This document shows positions 9,753-19,243 of a DNA stretch of 64,000 nt, one piece after another. The notes beneath the pieces are model-generated. The model did not search any database, had not been told where the DNA came from, and saw only the letters and a list, made by a program, of their open reading frames with translations. The stretch's first letter is position 1. Each line of letters opens with the position of its first letter. The stretch is from Candidatus Dormiibacterota bacterium (lineage in GTDB: Bacteria > Chloroflexota > Dormibacteria > Aeolococcales > Aeolococcaceae), in contig OY970355.1 in NCBI GenBank assembly GCA_963718525.1, forward strand, positions 2,944,001 to 3,008,000. The letters run 5' to 3'. Both the position numbers and the translations under genes were made by a program.

Positions 9753-9870
9753 CGGCTCCTCTGGCGAATCTGGCCCTCGAATCAGGCTCGGGACCGAGTG
9801 TCGGTACCACCTGGCCGCCTTCGGTCCTGGTCGCGAGCACATCGCTGTGCGTGACGTTCTGGAATCGCAG

Positions 9871-10417
9871 CTAAGACAGCGCCGGTTCCAACAGTCGAGC
9901 CAACTCCGAGGCGATGCTAGCGGCCCACGCATCGATGTCCGCCCAATTCCGGAAATCGCCCGCCGGCATGAGCACCCGCGCAGCCGGAATGAGTTGGGCC
10001 GCTCGATGTGAGAAGCCCAGCGTGCCCGGGTTCAGAGCTCCGAAAAACACCCGAGTAGCGCGCGGGCTTACCGCCTCGCGAAATTCGGCGAATTCCTTCG
10101 GCTCCGACGTTAACAGCACGTCGCGCCCCTTCGCATCCGTGGTTGCAGTGCCAAGCGGCCCACTACTGAATAGCCATACGGGACGCGCGGTCAACAACTT
10201 CTGGTTGATTCGCACGAAGTCCCTAGCCTCCCTGAGCCAGGATCCCATATAAGCAGCGCTGCCAATTACATAGGCGTCGTATCTGGCAAGATCGCCGACA
10301 GCCTGTACTGGTCGCGCCTGCGCTCGGTGTCCAGCCGACGCCAGCGTGTCGGCAATTCTCTCAGCGATTCCCTGAGTTCGCGCCGTATCGGCTTGCGTAT
10401 CCGACGAGTGTGGTCAT
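9871..10417 (-). CDS. Flavodoxin-domain protein (HemG-like), apparent +1 frameshift at ~10378
   Basis: MTTLVGYASRYGA|TQGIAERIADTL...YDAYVIGSAAYMGSW...PVWLFSSGP...GDFRNW; removing one base from GAACTC restores the frame. Confidence 0.85.
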
Positions 10418-11223
10418 GGTTCTTACCTCCGCGCCAATCCTGTGCCGGGCGCTAATCGGGAGGCAAGAGGCGAAAGTCACCAGCACCGCAGCCTTGAGTA
10501 GGGGCACTTAATCACCGAGAAGAGCTGACGTTAGGCCCTGTTGTTGGCCGGTCCCGGCCTCGAGCCGGTCCGGCGCTCACCGCGCTTGCAACGGTGATAG
10601 CCCGGGCGGAGTTCAGCGCGGCTGGGGTGTCCGAGCATGAACGCTCACTCGCGCTCCGTACCTGGCGCCGCGCCTTCTTCGCGGCTGCGGTGCGGCCGGG
10701 GAGATCACTAGGCTGAGCAGGCCGTGCGCCTTGAGCGCACCTCGGAGCGCGCGACGCTCGCCGACGCGGCTGAGCAAGACCGTGGCCTACGGGTGTTCGC
10801 GACCAGTCCGCTGACCTCCGCGCGTCAGCGGTGATCGCTCGGGCGGCCGCCTGCTACCCGCTTCATTTCAGACATGGAGTCGAATCCCGCGATCGATCGG
10901 CAGAACCCGGCACACAGCTCGCTGCCGATGGACGGCCTTGACAGCTTGGTTGACCGCTACTAGCTGAACTTCCCGTGGTCAGCCCGTTCGTCCTCTTCGC
11001 CGCCGCAACGATGGGGCCTGGGCGGTGGCGCTCGTCGCCGAGGTGGTGCGCCGGCGCTCCCCCGGAGCATCGCATCATCGCGATGCAATGGCCCGCGTCG
11101 TCCGTCCGTTCACCAGCGCCTTCCACGTCCACTCGCGCGGCGGTTCCTCGCATCGCCAGGGTGTTCCTCGCGCCGTGATGGGTGAGCACTGGATGAACCG
11201 GTGAGTACCACGGAGGCAAGGCG

Positions 11224-11445
11224 ATGATCCCGGTGAGCTACGACATGGCAAAGGCGCGGATGGCGGATCGACTTCGGGAGGCGGAGCGGCACAGGCTGGT
11301 GCAGCAGGCGAAGGCCACCGCGCGCGAGGAGCGCAAGGCCGATGCGGAACTCACCGGCGCACGTCGCTCCGTGACCTCGTGGTTCCGGCCTGTCAGGAAG
11401 GTTTCGCACGTGTCGAACGCCTCGGCGTCTGGATCCACGGTCTGA
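11224..11445 (+). CDS. Small hypothetical helical protein
   Basis: GGAGG RBS; GC3-rich; DMAKARMADRLREAERHRLVQQA pattern. Confidence 0.65.
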   Translation: MIPVSYDMAKARMADRLREAERHRLVQQAKATAREERKADAELTGARRSVTSWFRPVRKVSHVSNASASGSTV

Positions 11446-11493
11446 CACGAGACGGGGGGAACGCCGCTATCATGCGGGGCCGGAGGAAGAGAC

Positions 11494-11760
11494 ATGTCCG
11501 AAGGCCCCCATGCGGCGGCAGTCCGTCCGCCAGACGCCGAGCGCTGTCCCCACTATCACTGGCAGGCGGAGAACAAGCCGAGCAGCAAGAACCCCAATCC
11601 GGACTGCCACGGGCGGTGCGTCTTCTACGCCGGGCATCCCCATCCCCACGGCGGGAACAGAGATCCACTGGAGTACCAGTCGGCTCCCGAGTACAACGAC
11701 AACTGCTGCCTGTGCGAGGTCTGCTCCCTGTGGGTCAGGGACTGGGGTATGACCGGCTAA
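11494..11760 (+). CDS. Small Cys/His-rich hypothetical protein
   Basis: GGAGG RBS; GC3-rich codons; CPHYH, CHGRC, GHPHPH, CCLCEVC. Confidence 0.65.
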   Translation: MSEGPHAAAVRPPDAERCPHYHWQAENKPSSKNPNPDCHGRCVFYAGHPHPHGGNRDPLEYQSAPEYNDNCCLCEVCSLWVRDWGMTG

Positions 11761-14700
11761 CGAACGTCCACCGGGTCGGCTCGGGAGGATCGTAGACGCA
11801 GAGAGTCCCGGTGCGGACCGACCGTCGGAGATGATGGCCAAGGGATGGATGCGCGCTTTCGGTGCGAGTGATCGCATCGCGAATCCGCCAGGTGACCGCC
11901 TTGCGCGCGCGCTCCGAGGGGTCAATGGCGCGCCGAGTGCGACCGTGGAGTCCCACCGCTGCGCGCAACTCCGCGAGCAGGAAATCGCGCTCGTCGCGGG
12001 CTCGCTCCTCACGTATCGGGTCATGCGCCGCAGCGGCATCCTCGAGCTCGAGCTCCAGCTCGCGCACGCGGGAGCGGTACTGCTCGCGAGCCTCAGGATC
12101 GAGCAGGTCACCAGCGTCTCGCTCGACGCCAAACCCCTTGTCTGAGAGGCTGCTGATGCGTGCACCGGCAGGTGTGCGGGCTCCGATGAGATCCACGGCG
12201 GCCACCTCGGTTCCATCCGCCGCAAGCAGGCGTGCGATGTCATGAAGTCCCTTGGTGTCCTTGAGCCGGACCGTGGTCCCAGCGTAGTGCACTGACCAGT
12301 AGTCGCCCTCGAGGACGAACTGGTTCTGCGCCCGGGGCGGCGGCGCGTCTGGAGCCCTCGGCGTGGCCACCGTTGTTGCGTGCGGTGTGCTGACTCGCGT
12401 GCGCAAACGCATCGACCCGGCCGGTCCAGGGCTTTCGTCGACCAGCTGGCGGGCGTCGAGCCAGGCCCGGGCCTGGCTCGACATCGACTCGTCAGTAAGA
12501 ATCTCGTTCGAGGCGGCCGCGAGCATCAGGGTCGCGTCGGTGATTGTCGCGGCCACGCCGACGCTGACCGAGCGGCCGAGAAGAGTGCCCTTGTCGCGAA
12601 GCCCGAGTGCGAAGCGGAGCGCGTTCGTCCAGGCATCCGAGGGCGCTGTTTCGGCGAATGTCGCGATGAGCGCCTCGGGCCCAGCCTCGACAGCCCCGTG
12701 CAGGCGCTGCGCCTCGCGTACTCCCCAGGACCGCCAGGGCTCGTGCAGCCGCGTGCCGGCGGAGGTGGCAACAACGCTCACGGTCCCACGCGGTCCCCGA
12801 GGATCGACGTCGTCTGCCGCAGGCGCGACCGGCGCAGGCACAAGGGCCGAAACCTCAACTTCAGGCAGGCGCAACTCCGTGTGCATCTCCCGCGCGATGC
12901 GCGCAATGAGGTGAATGCCCGAGCGCTCCGCATGCGCCGCCGCATTCGCGAGGTCCACCGCCGCAAGGCTGGTTTCGCCCGCAGCCGCGCGAGCGCGTGC
13001 AAGCAGAAGCCGGGTCCAAAGCTCCTCCCAGCGGGCTCGAGCATCCGCGAACGTCCTGGTTGCGCCCTCCAGCATGGCGATCGCGTCTGCAGTGCGTCCT
13101 TGGGCCAGGGCCAGCGCACCGCCAGCACGGTCCAGATAGGGCGCTCGTGCAGGCCCGGCAAAGTTGTGCGGGTCGGCAAGCAGACGCTGCGCTTCGTCAA
13201 TCCTATGGTCTGCAACCAACGCGCGTACGGCCGCATCCGAGATGTTCGCACCGATTTCGGTATCGGTCAGACGCGCGAGTGCGGTTCGTACTTTCATCAC
13301 CGCGGCTCCGGCATCGTCCTCGACGACATCGAGCGCCACCACCAGCGGCAGGAGCAGCTCGAGCATCGCCGGGGTCGTGGACTCGGTCGGGGATAGTAAC
13401 GACCGTGCCGCGATCAACTCATCGCTGGCGAGATGCGCTGCTGCGCGGAGCAGGGTGGCGCCCTCCGCGACGTGCTCCTGACCGGCGCGACGGGCCAGCT
13501 TCTGCGCATGCTCGACGAGCGCGACGCATCGGGCCACATCGCCCGCATCGAAGGCGACGGTGGCCTCGATGCAGCCCGCGACCGCCTCATCGGCGAGGGA
13601 CATGCCGGGTACGGCTCGAAGCCTGCTGAGCAATGCCGGAATCTCCCGATGGCGCAGCGCCCGGATGAGCACGTCCATCTCGAGTTGCAGTGCCGACGCT
13701 GCGATCCAGTACATCTGCCCGGCGATCGCCTCGTCGCAACACTGCTGGAGGACGGCGAGCCCAGCATCGGTGTCCCCTTGGTCGACCATCGCCGCACCCA
13801 GGTAGCTCCCGGCCCAGATTCGCACCGCATCGGCATGTGCCGACTGCGCAACCTTGATCGCGTCGCCGGCCATGGCGATGGTACCCGCGCCGTCGCAGCG
13901 AATCCATCGCAAACGCGAGAGGCGCAGATACACGGTCGCAAGATCCTCGCTCGGATCGAGCGACGACAGGATCGCGATCGCGGCTTGGTATTCCGCCTCT
14001 TCCTCGTCCGTGCGTCCCTGGTCGTGCAGGCAGGCGCCGAGCAGATGCCGGCTACGAGCCGTCAGCTCTGGGTCATCACGCGGCTCAACGATCGCGATTG
14101 CTTCGCGGAGACATCGTTCAGCGGCGGTGGGCTGACTGCTCCGCCACAGCGATTCGCCGAGCCGGCAGAGCACGCGTCCTCGCAGCGTCGGCTCGCCGAT
14201 GTGCGGCAGGACGCGCGTGTACACCTCGACCGCTGTGCGCGCAGCGAAGTGCGCCATCGCCTCGTCCGCAGCCACCAGCAGCACCGGCACCGCATCGTCG
14301 ACCCGCCCTCCGCGGAGCAGGTGGCTCCCGACCTCCATCGCGGGAGCTCCTGTGCTGCGCAGTACCTTAGCCACGCGCAGGTGCAACTCGTCGCGATGCG
14401 GCGAGAGGATCTGGTCGTACACGGCTTCCTGAATCAGCGCGTGGCGGAAGCGGAAGTGTCCCCGCGTCTCAGGGTCAGGTTCGAGCATCTGCTCCTTCAC
14501 CAACTCCTCGAGCGCCCGACGCACGGTCGAGCCGTCGAGGGCGGTGATGGTCGCGAGCGTGCTGTAGCTGAAGGATCGGCCGAGCACCGACGCGGCGTTC
14601 AGCACGGACGTCTTCTGCTCGTCGAGACGGTCGAGGCGGAGCAGCACGACCTCTGCGAAGGCGCGTGGAATCCGGAGCTCGGTCAGCGGCCTGCGATCCC

Positions 14701-15520
14701 ACCCACGCTCGGCGCGAACGATGTCGCCGCGATCGATCGCCTCGCGGAGCATCTCCTCGAGCGCGAGCGGGCTTCCCTCAGTGCGTTCGTGGATGTAGTC
14801 GCGGAACTCTTCGGACACCGTGTCATCGAGGATGGCCTGGGACATCGCGCCGGCGTCCTCGCGTCGCAACGGCGCCAGCTCGACGAATTCGGCGAGCCCG
14901 CCGCGGCGCCATCCGTGCACGGTCGAGCGAAGCGGATGGCGGCGGTGGAGTTCGTCGCTGCGATACGTGGCCAGCACGAGTAGCGGGAGGCTCGGCGCAC
15001 GGCGGGCCAGGTAGTCCATCAGGTCGCGGGTCGCGGGATCAGACCACTGCAGGTCTTCGATGATGAGTAACAGCGGACCGCCATCGCCGAGCGCATTGAG
15101 GAGGATGAGGACCGACTCGAAGAGGCGCAGCGAAGCGTCGCCTCCAGGGTGGCTGCTCCGCGGTTGTGTCTCGCCCCCCAATTGGGGAAACAGGCCGCCG
15201 AGCGCCGCCGTCGCCGGTCCCACCAGTGCGCGTACGCGGGAAAGCTCAGCGCGGGCGAGCCCGTTGCCCGCCGCTTCGAGCAGGGGCAGATACGGGATCG
15301 CGACGTCCGTCGGCGCACAGCCACCGCGAAGCGTCGTGAAGCCGAGCCTTGCTGCACATGCCTGCGCCTCACTGGTGAGTCGCGTCTTGCCCAACCCCGC
15401 GTCTCCGCAGATCACCACGAAGCGCCCGTCAGCGCGGGCGGCGTCGATCAGGGCGTCTTCCAGAGCGGCCAGTTCGAGCTCGCGACCGACCACAACCGGG
15501 CAGAGGGTGCGCTCCTTCAC
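11735..15520 (-). CDS. STAND/AAA_16 NTPase with TPR-like region, degenerate cyclase-like segment and C-terminal putative DNA-binding domain
   Basis: VGRELEL, GDAGLGKT, IIEDLQWSD, TEGSPL, FRHALIQEAVY; C-terminal EGDYWSVHY...KGLHDIARLL...ERARKAVTWRIR...VRTGTLCVY. Confidence 0.85.
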   Translation of the reverse strand: MKERTLCPVVVGRELELAALEDALIDAARADGRFVVICGDAGLGKTRLTSEAQACAARLGFTTLRGGCAPTDVAIPYLPLLEAAGNGLARAELSRVRALVGPATAALGGLFPQLGGETQPRSSHPGGDASLRLFESVLILLNALGDGGPLLLIIEDLQWSDPATRDLMDYLARRAPSLPLLVLATYRSDELHRRHPLRSTVHGWRRGGLAEFVELAPLRREDAGAMSQAILDDTVSEEFRDYIHERTEGSPLALEEMLREAIDRGDIVRAERGWDRRPLTELRIPRAFAEVVLLRLDRLDEQKTSVLNAASVLGRSFSYSTLATITALDGSTVRRALEELVKEQMLEPDPETRGHFRFRHALIQEAVYDQILSPHRDELHLRVAKVLRSTGAPAMEVGSHLLRGGRVDDAVPVLLVAADEAMAHFAARTAVEVYTRVLPHIGEPTLRGRVLCRLGESLWRSSQPTAAERCLREAIAIVEPRDDPELTARSRHLLGACLHDQGRTDEEEAEYQAAIAILSSLDPSEDLATVYLRLSRLRWIRCDGAGTIAMAGDAIKVAQSAHADAVRIWAGSYLGAAMVDQGDTDAGLAVLQQCCDEAIAGQMYWIAASALQLEMDVLIRALRHREIPALLSRLRAVPGMSLADEAVAGCIEATVAFDAGDVARCVALVEHAQKLARRAGQEHVAEGATLLRAAAHLASDELIAARSLLSPTESTTPAMLELLLPLVVALDVVEDDAGAAVMKVRTALARLTDTEIGANISDAAVRALVADHRIDEAQRLLADPHNFAGPARAPYLDRAGGALALAQGRTADAIAMLEGATRTFADARARWEELWTRLLLARARAAAGETSLAAVDLANAAAHAERSGIHLIARIAREMHTELRLPEVEVSALVPAPVAPAADDVDPRGPRGTVSVVATSAGTRLHEPWRSWGVREAQRLHGAVEAGPEALIATFAETAPSDAWTNALRFALGLRDKGTLLGRSVSVGVAATITDATLMLAAASNEILTDESMSSQARAWLDARQLVDESPGPAGSMRLRTRVSTPHATTVATPRAPDAPPPRAQNQFVLEGDYWSVHYAGTTVRLKDTKGLHDIARLLAADGTEVAAVDLIGARTPAGARISSLSDKGFGVERDAGDLLDPEAREQYRSRVRELELELEDAAAAHDPIREERARDERDFLLAELRAAVGLHGRTRRAIDPSERARKAVTWRIRDAITRTESAHPSLGHHLRRSVRTGTLCVYDPPEPTRWTFVSRSYPSP

Positions 15521-15830
15521 TGCCGTCGCCCAGTCCTTGGACCTCCCTAGTGCTCGATGATGCGAGGGTACTCGAACCCCGATCCTCCGTCCACAACCGC
15601 CGCCTGACGCTGCCCGAGGTCGGCCGGATTGCCAGGGCCATCGGCACCACGGAGGACGGCGAGCTTCGCCGCCAGGAGCAGTTGCTCGTGGAGGAAGGTG
15701 CTCGCGTAGAGCTCCCTCAGGAGGGGCTCCGCGGGCGTGCGTCGTGTCGGCAGCACCTCAAGCCCAACGGCCGTCGGGCGCCGGGCTGTCGCTTCACCCC
15801 GGGCGAGGTCAGGTTTGGAATGGGCAATGG

Positions 15831-15906
15831 TGGTGCCGAGGGACAGGATCGAACTGTCGACACCAGGTTTTTCAGACCTGTGCTCTACCAACTGAGCTAC
15901 CTCGGC
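15831..15906 (-). tRNA. tRNA-Phe(GAA)
   Basis: GCCGAGGTAGCTCAGTTGGTAGAGCACAGGTCTGAAAAACCTGGTGTCGACAGTTCGATCCTGTCCCTCGGCACCA; full cloverleaf with encoded CCA. Confidence 0.97.
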
Positions 15907-15987
15907 GATCCGCGACGCAGTGTAGCGGCACGCCCGGCGCTCCCCATGGCGCGTTTGCTCCAGGGAAGCGCCCGTACAATCTAAGCC

Positions 15988-16614
15988 ATGGCCCGGGTCA
16001 TCCACGTTCGCGTGCGCGGCGTCGCCGCCGACCACCGGGACCGATTACAGGACCGTTTCAGCGAGCTCATCACGACCCGCGAATGGCGCGACCAGCTCCC
16101 CTGGCTGGCGGACGCCGGCTCCACCGGCCTGTTCGAGCAGCTCTTCTTCGAGCAGGCACTCGCAGCAGACCTCCGCGACGAGCCGCACACAGCCGATCTC
16201 TCCGCCGCGGGGTTCATTCGCATCGCAGGCGACGAGACCGACGCGCTCGCCCTGATCTTTGTCCTCCGTGACCTGTCCGAGCGCTTCTCGTGCCGGGTCG
16301 GGATCCGCGACCCGGACAACCCGATCGCCAAGCTCCGCATCGTCGACCTCGTCAGTGGCAGGCTGGCCGACCAGCGCTCGCTCGAGTCGATCCTCGTGCG
16401 CCGGCCGATCTTCAAGCGGATGCGCGATGGCAACCGGATCGAGATGTACCCGCCCCGGGCGCTCGGCAGCGCGTTCGGCACCACCGAGGGAGCTGACGGC
16501 GAACGCCGCGCATGGAGCTTTCTCGTCCACGGCATGCGCGATTCGCGGCCCAGCTTCCTCGAGGCCGAGGCCGAGGCGATGCGGATGTGGCGTGGGCTGC
16601 GATTCCTGGAGTGA
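15988..16614 (+). CDS. Hypothetical protein, coupled to dtd
   Basis: GC3-rich 208-aa ORF; TACAAT 7 nt upstream of ATG; stop overlaps dtd GTG. Confidence 0.75.
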   Translation: MARVIHVRVRGVAADHRDRLQDRFSELITTREWRDQLPWLADAGSTGLFEQLFFEQALAADLRDEPHTADLSAAGFIRIAGDETDALALIFVLRDLSERFSCRVGIRDPDNPIAKLRIVDLVSGRLADQRSLESILVRRPIFKRMRDGNRIEMYPPRALGSAFGTTEGADGERRAWSFLVHGMRDSRPSFLEAEAEAMRMWRGLRFLE

Positions 16615-17078
16615 GGGCTGTCGTCCAGCGCGTCAGCCGCGCCAGTGTGGATGTGGATTCGGAGACGGTGGGATCGATCGGCGCGGGACTGTGCGTGCTT
16701 CTCTCGGTCGGCCCGGCTGACGACGAGGCGGTCGCACAGCGCTTCGCGGGACGCATCGCGGCCCTTCGGATCTTCCCGGATGCCGCCGGCCGGATGAATC
16801 TCGATCTTGGCGCCGCAGGCGGTGCCGCCCTGGTCGTCAGCCAGTTCACCCTCCACGCCGACACCTCGCGCGGCCACCGTCCCTCGTTCATACGAGCCGC
16901 CCCACCGGACCGCGCCGCCCAGCTCTACGAGGCGTTCGTGGCTGCGCTACGTCTGCTCGGGCATCACGTCGAAACGGGCAGCTTTGGCGCCCACATGGCG
17001 GTCGATCTCGTCAACGACGGCCCGGTGACCCTCGTCCTGACCAGCGCCGAGCCGGACTGGGCCGCCGACGCCGGGTAG
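16611..17078 (+). CDS. dtd: D-aminoacyl-tRNA deacylase
   Basis: VRAVVQRVSRASV, VSQFTL, GHRPSF, VNDGPVT motifs. Confidence 0.95.
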   Translation: MRAVVQRVSRASVDVDSETVGSIGAGLCVLLSVGPADDEAVAQRFAGRIAALRIFPDAAGRMNLDLGAAGGAALVVSQFTLHADTSRGHRPSFIRAAPPDRAAQLYEAFVAALRLLGHHVETGSFGAHMAVDLVNDGPVTLVLTSAEPDWAADAG

Positions 17079-17084
17079 CGGCGC

Positions 17085-17813
17085 TCAGCCCGCGCGCCGC
17101 GCCCTGAGCGCCGCCAGCTGCTCATCCTCGCCACCCGCGCCCGAGTAGCGGAGGAGCTCGGGCGGCCTGCCGCCGGTCCCCGCAGGTGACCGGAACCGGG
17201 GGACGCGGAGCCGCAGCGCGGCCACCTCGGTGTCCCTCACGGGCTTCAGCACGCCCGAATCGCGCAACTCCTGGATTCGCCGCCTGAAGGTCCGCTCGCT
17301 GCCCTCGGGGCCGCCGTGGAGGGCAACGTGGAGCCGCAGCAGGTCGTCCCCGGTGAACACGTCGCCGATCAGAGCGGCAGCGCCGGCGAGTTGGCGCGTG
17401 TCGGCACGAAGCCGGTCGAGGGCGGCACGCAGCGCCGCGGCCCCCGGCGCGTCGAGGCGCAAGCCTCGGCCCGTTGCCGACCATGCACCGGGGCCGGGAT
17501 CCGATCCGAAGGGGGCGGCAGCGTAGTACCAGACGGTCACACTGCGGGCCCGCGCCGGATCGTCGTCGACACCGACCAGATGGAGACGCTGGCCTCCCCT
17601 GCTGCCTCGCCGGCCTCCGAGATCGATACCGGCCTCTGTGGCGGCTCGCAGCGCGGCCTCAGGGAACCGCTCCTTGGGGCCGAGATCAGCCGTTGGGAGG
17701 GTTCGTTTCACGGTGAGCACGTGCAACGCCCGGCTCGCCGGGGTCCCGGGCTCAGGATCGAACCCGAAAACCGCAACCCCCGCGCTCAGCGCCGCCATAG
17801 CTCCCTTGGTCAT
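17085..17813 (-). CDS. NrtR-like regulator (degenerate Nudix + winged helix)
   Basis: C-terminal RTFRRRI...GGRPPELLRY resembles the NrtR wHTH; N-terminal Nudix-like strands. Confidence 0.6.
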   Translation of the reverse strand: MTKGAMAALSAGVAVFGFDPEPGTPASRALHVLTVKRTLPTADLGPKERFPEAALRAATEAGIDLGGRRGSRGGQRLHLVGVDDDPARARSVTVWYYAAAPFGSDPGPGAWSATGRGLRLDAPGAAALRAALDRLRADTRQLAGAAALIGDVFTGDDLLRLHVALHGGPEGSERTFRRRIQELRDSGVLKPVRDTEVAALRLRVPRFRSPAGTGGRPPELLRYSGAGGEDEQLAALRARRAG

Positions 17814-17929
17814 GCTCCGGCCTCCTCCAGACTCGGTGTGGTTTCGGAAGATGATGGCACGAACTGGCCAAATTGTGCCACCTGGAGTTGCGTTTTCGCC
17901 CTCCCCGATCTCGGGGAGGGGTCCTTCCC

Positions 17930-19243
17930 CTAGGCCTTGACGCTCGGACGCGCCGGTGCCGGGACGGTCCAGCTGACCGCCGGATCGGCCTCGCCCTGGT
18001 CCTTGGAACTGCTCAGGACGCGCGCCCAACTGACCGCCATCCTAGCGCCGCCAAGCTCCGAGGTGCTCACCTCCCAGCGGCCGTGGGTATGCCGGACGAC
18101 GGCGTCGGCGATCGCCAACCCGAGGCCCGACCCGTAGCCGCCTTGCGCCTCGGCCCGATGGAAGCGATCGAAGATTTTGGGGCGTTCTTCGTCCGGGATC
18201 CCCGGTCCCGAGTCCTCCACGACGAGCCGCACGCGGTTTCCGTCCGCGCCGACGTTGACCGCGACGACCCCGCCCTCCGGCGCGTACTTGAACGCGTTGT
18301 CGAGGAGGACGCCGAGGAGGCGATCGAGCCACTCGGACGAGCCCATCACGACGAGCGGTCCCAGCCCAACAGACACCTGCAGGGTGATCCCCCGGCTCTC
18401 GGCAACCGCCGCGAAGCGCTCGCCCGCCTGGCTCACAACCACCCCGACCTCCACCGGCTCGGACGCCGGCCGGCCCTCGGGCGTGTCCACGCGGGCCAGC
18501 CAGAGCAGGTCGTCGACCAGGCGCCGGATCCGCTTGCTCTCGGAGCCGACCCTCTGGAACGCATTGCGATACCAGGCGGGGTCGCGATCCTGGTTGAGTG
18601 CGAGGCTGGTCTGCGCCTCGATCACGGCGAGCGGCGTGCGGAGCTCATGGGAGGCGTCGGCGGTGAACTCGAGCTGGCGTTGCCGGGCGAGCTCGATCGG
18701 GGCGCCGACCCGTCGGCCGACGAACAGCGTCCCGAAGAACACCAGCAGCAGGATGATGATGCCCACGGCCGTCTCAATGGCGACCAACGATGACCGCGCC
18801 TGGGTCACCGAGTCGACGTTGTAACCGACGACGAGGTGGTACGAACCTACGGGGCCGCCGGCGATGCGAAGGTCGGCGCCGTGCAGTGACGTCGTGATCG
18901 GCGTCGTCACGTTGGCATCCTGTGCCGGGAGCTCGACCGGCGGTTGGATGTTGGTCTGGGTCGGCTGAATGCCGGAAGGGTCGATTGCCCAGATGAGGAG
19001 GGGGGCACCGAAGTCGCCCTGGCCCGAGTCGGTGACGCTGGCAAAGGGCAGCCGGAGCAGGGGTTGCTGCTGGTAGTGCGCCAGCTGGGCGGTCAATCGG
19101 GTGTCCACCTGGGCGGTGAGGTCGTTGGTCACGAACATCACCACCAACACGGCGACCAGCGCGTAAACGACAGCCACAACCCCCATGCCGATCAGGGCAA
19201 CCCGCAGGGAGGCGACATTGACCCGCTCGAGCCGCCGGTTCAT
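17930..19243 (-). CDS. Sensor histidine kinase (HisKA/HATPase)
   Basis: FTADASHELRTPL H-box, LLDNAFKY, EDSGPGI, FDRFHR, GSGLGLAI; two TM helices. Confidence 0.93.
   Translation of the reverse strand: MNRRLERVNVASLRVALIGMGVVAVVYALVAVLVVMFVTNDLTAQVDTRLTAQLAHYQQQPLLRLPFASVTDSGQGDFGAPLLIWAIDPSGIQPTQTNIQPPVELPAQDANVTTPITTSLHGADLRIAGGPVGSYHLVVGYNVDSVTQARSSLVAIETAVGIIILLLVFFGTLFVGRRVGAPIELARQRQLEFTADASHELRTPLAVIEAQTSLALNQDRDPAWYRNAFQRVGSESKRIRRLVDDLLWLARVDTPEGRPASEPVEVGVVVSQAGERFAAVAESRGITLQVSVGLGPLVVMGSSEWLDRLLGVLLDNAFKYAPEGGVVAVNVGADGNRVRLVVEDSGPGIPDEERPKIFDRFHRAEAQGGYGSGLGLAIADAVVRHTHGRWEVSTSELGGARMAVSWARVLSSSKDQGEADPAVSWTVPAPARPSVKA

Noticed and set aside
10520-11180. ORFs 10863-11219 (-) and 10975-11178 (+), or a structured RNA
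   Set aside because: No recognisable motifs, RBS or codon bias; no convincing RNA family features by eye
15547-15760. Short minus-strand ORF upstream of the STAND gene (…LLRELYASTFLHEQLL…)
   Set aside because: Partly GC3-rich but no clear start or family; the long version runs through tRNA-Phe
1-15830. Genomic island integrated at tRNA-Phe
   Set aside because: Accessory-like content, but I found no integrase or duplicated tRNA 3' end in the window; cannot be supported
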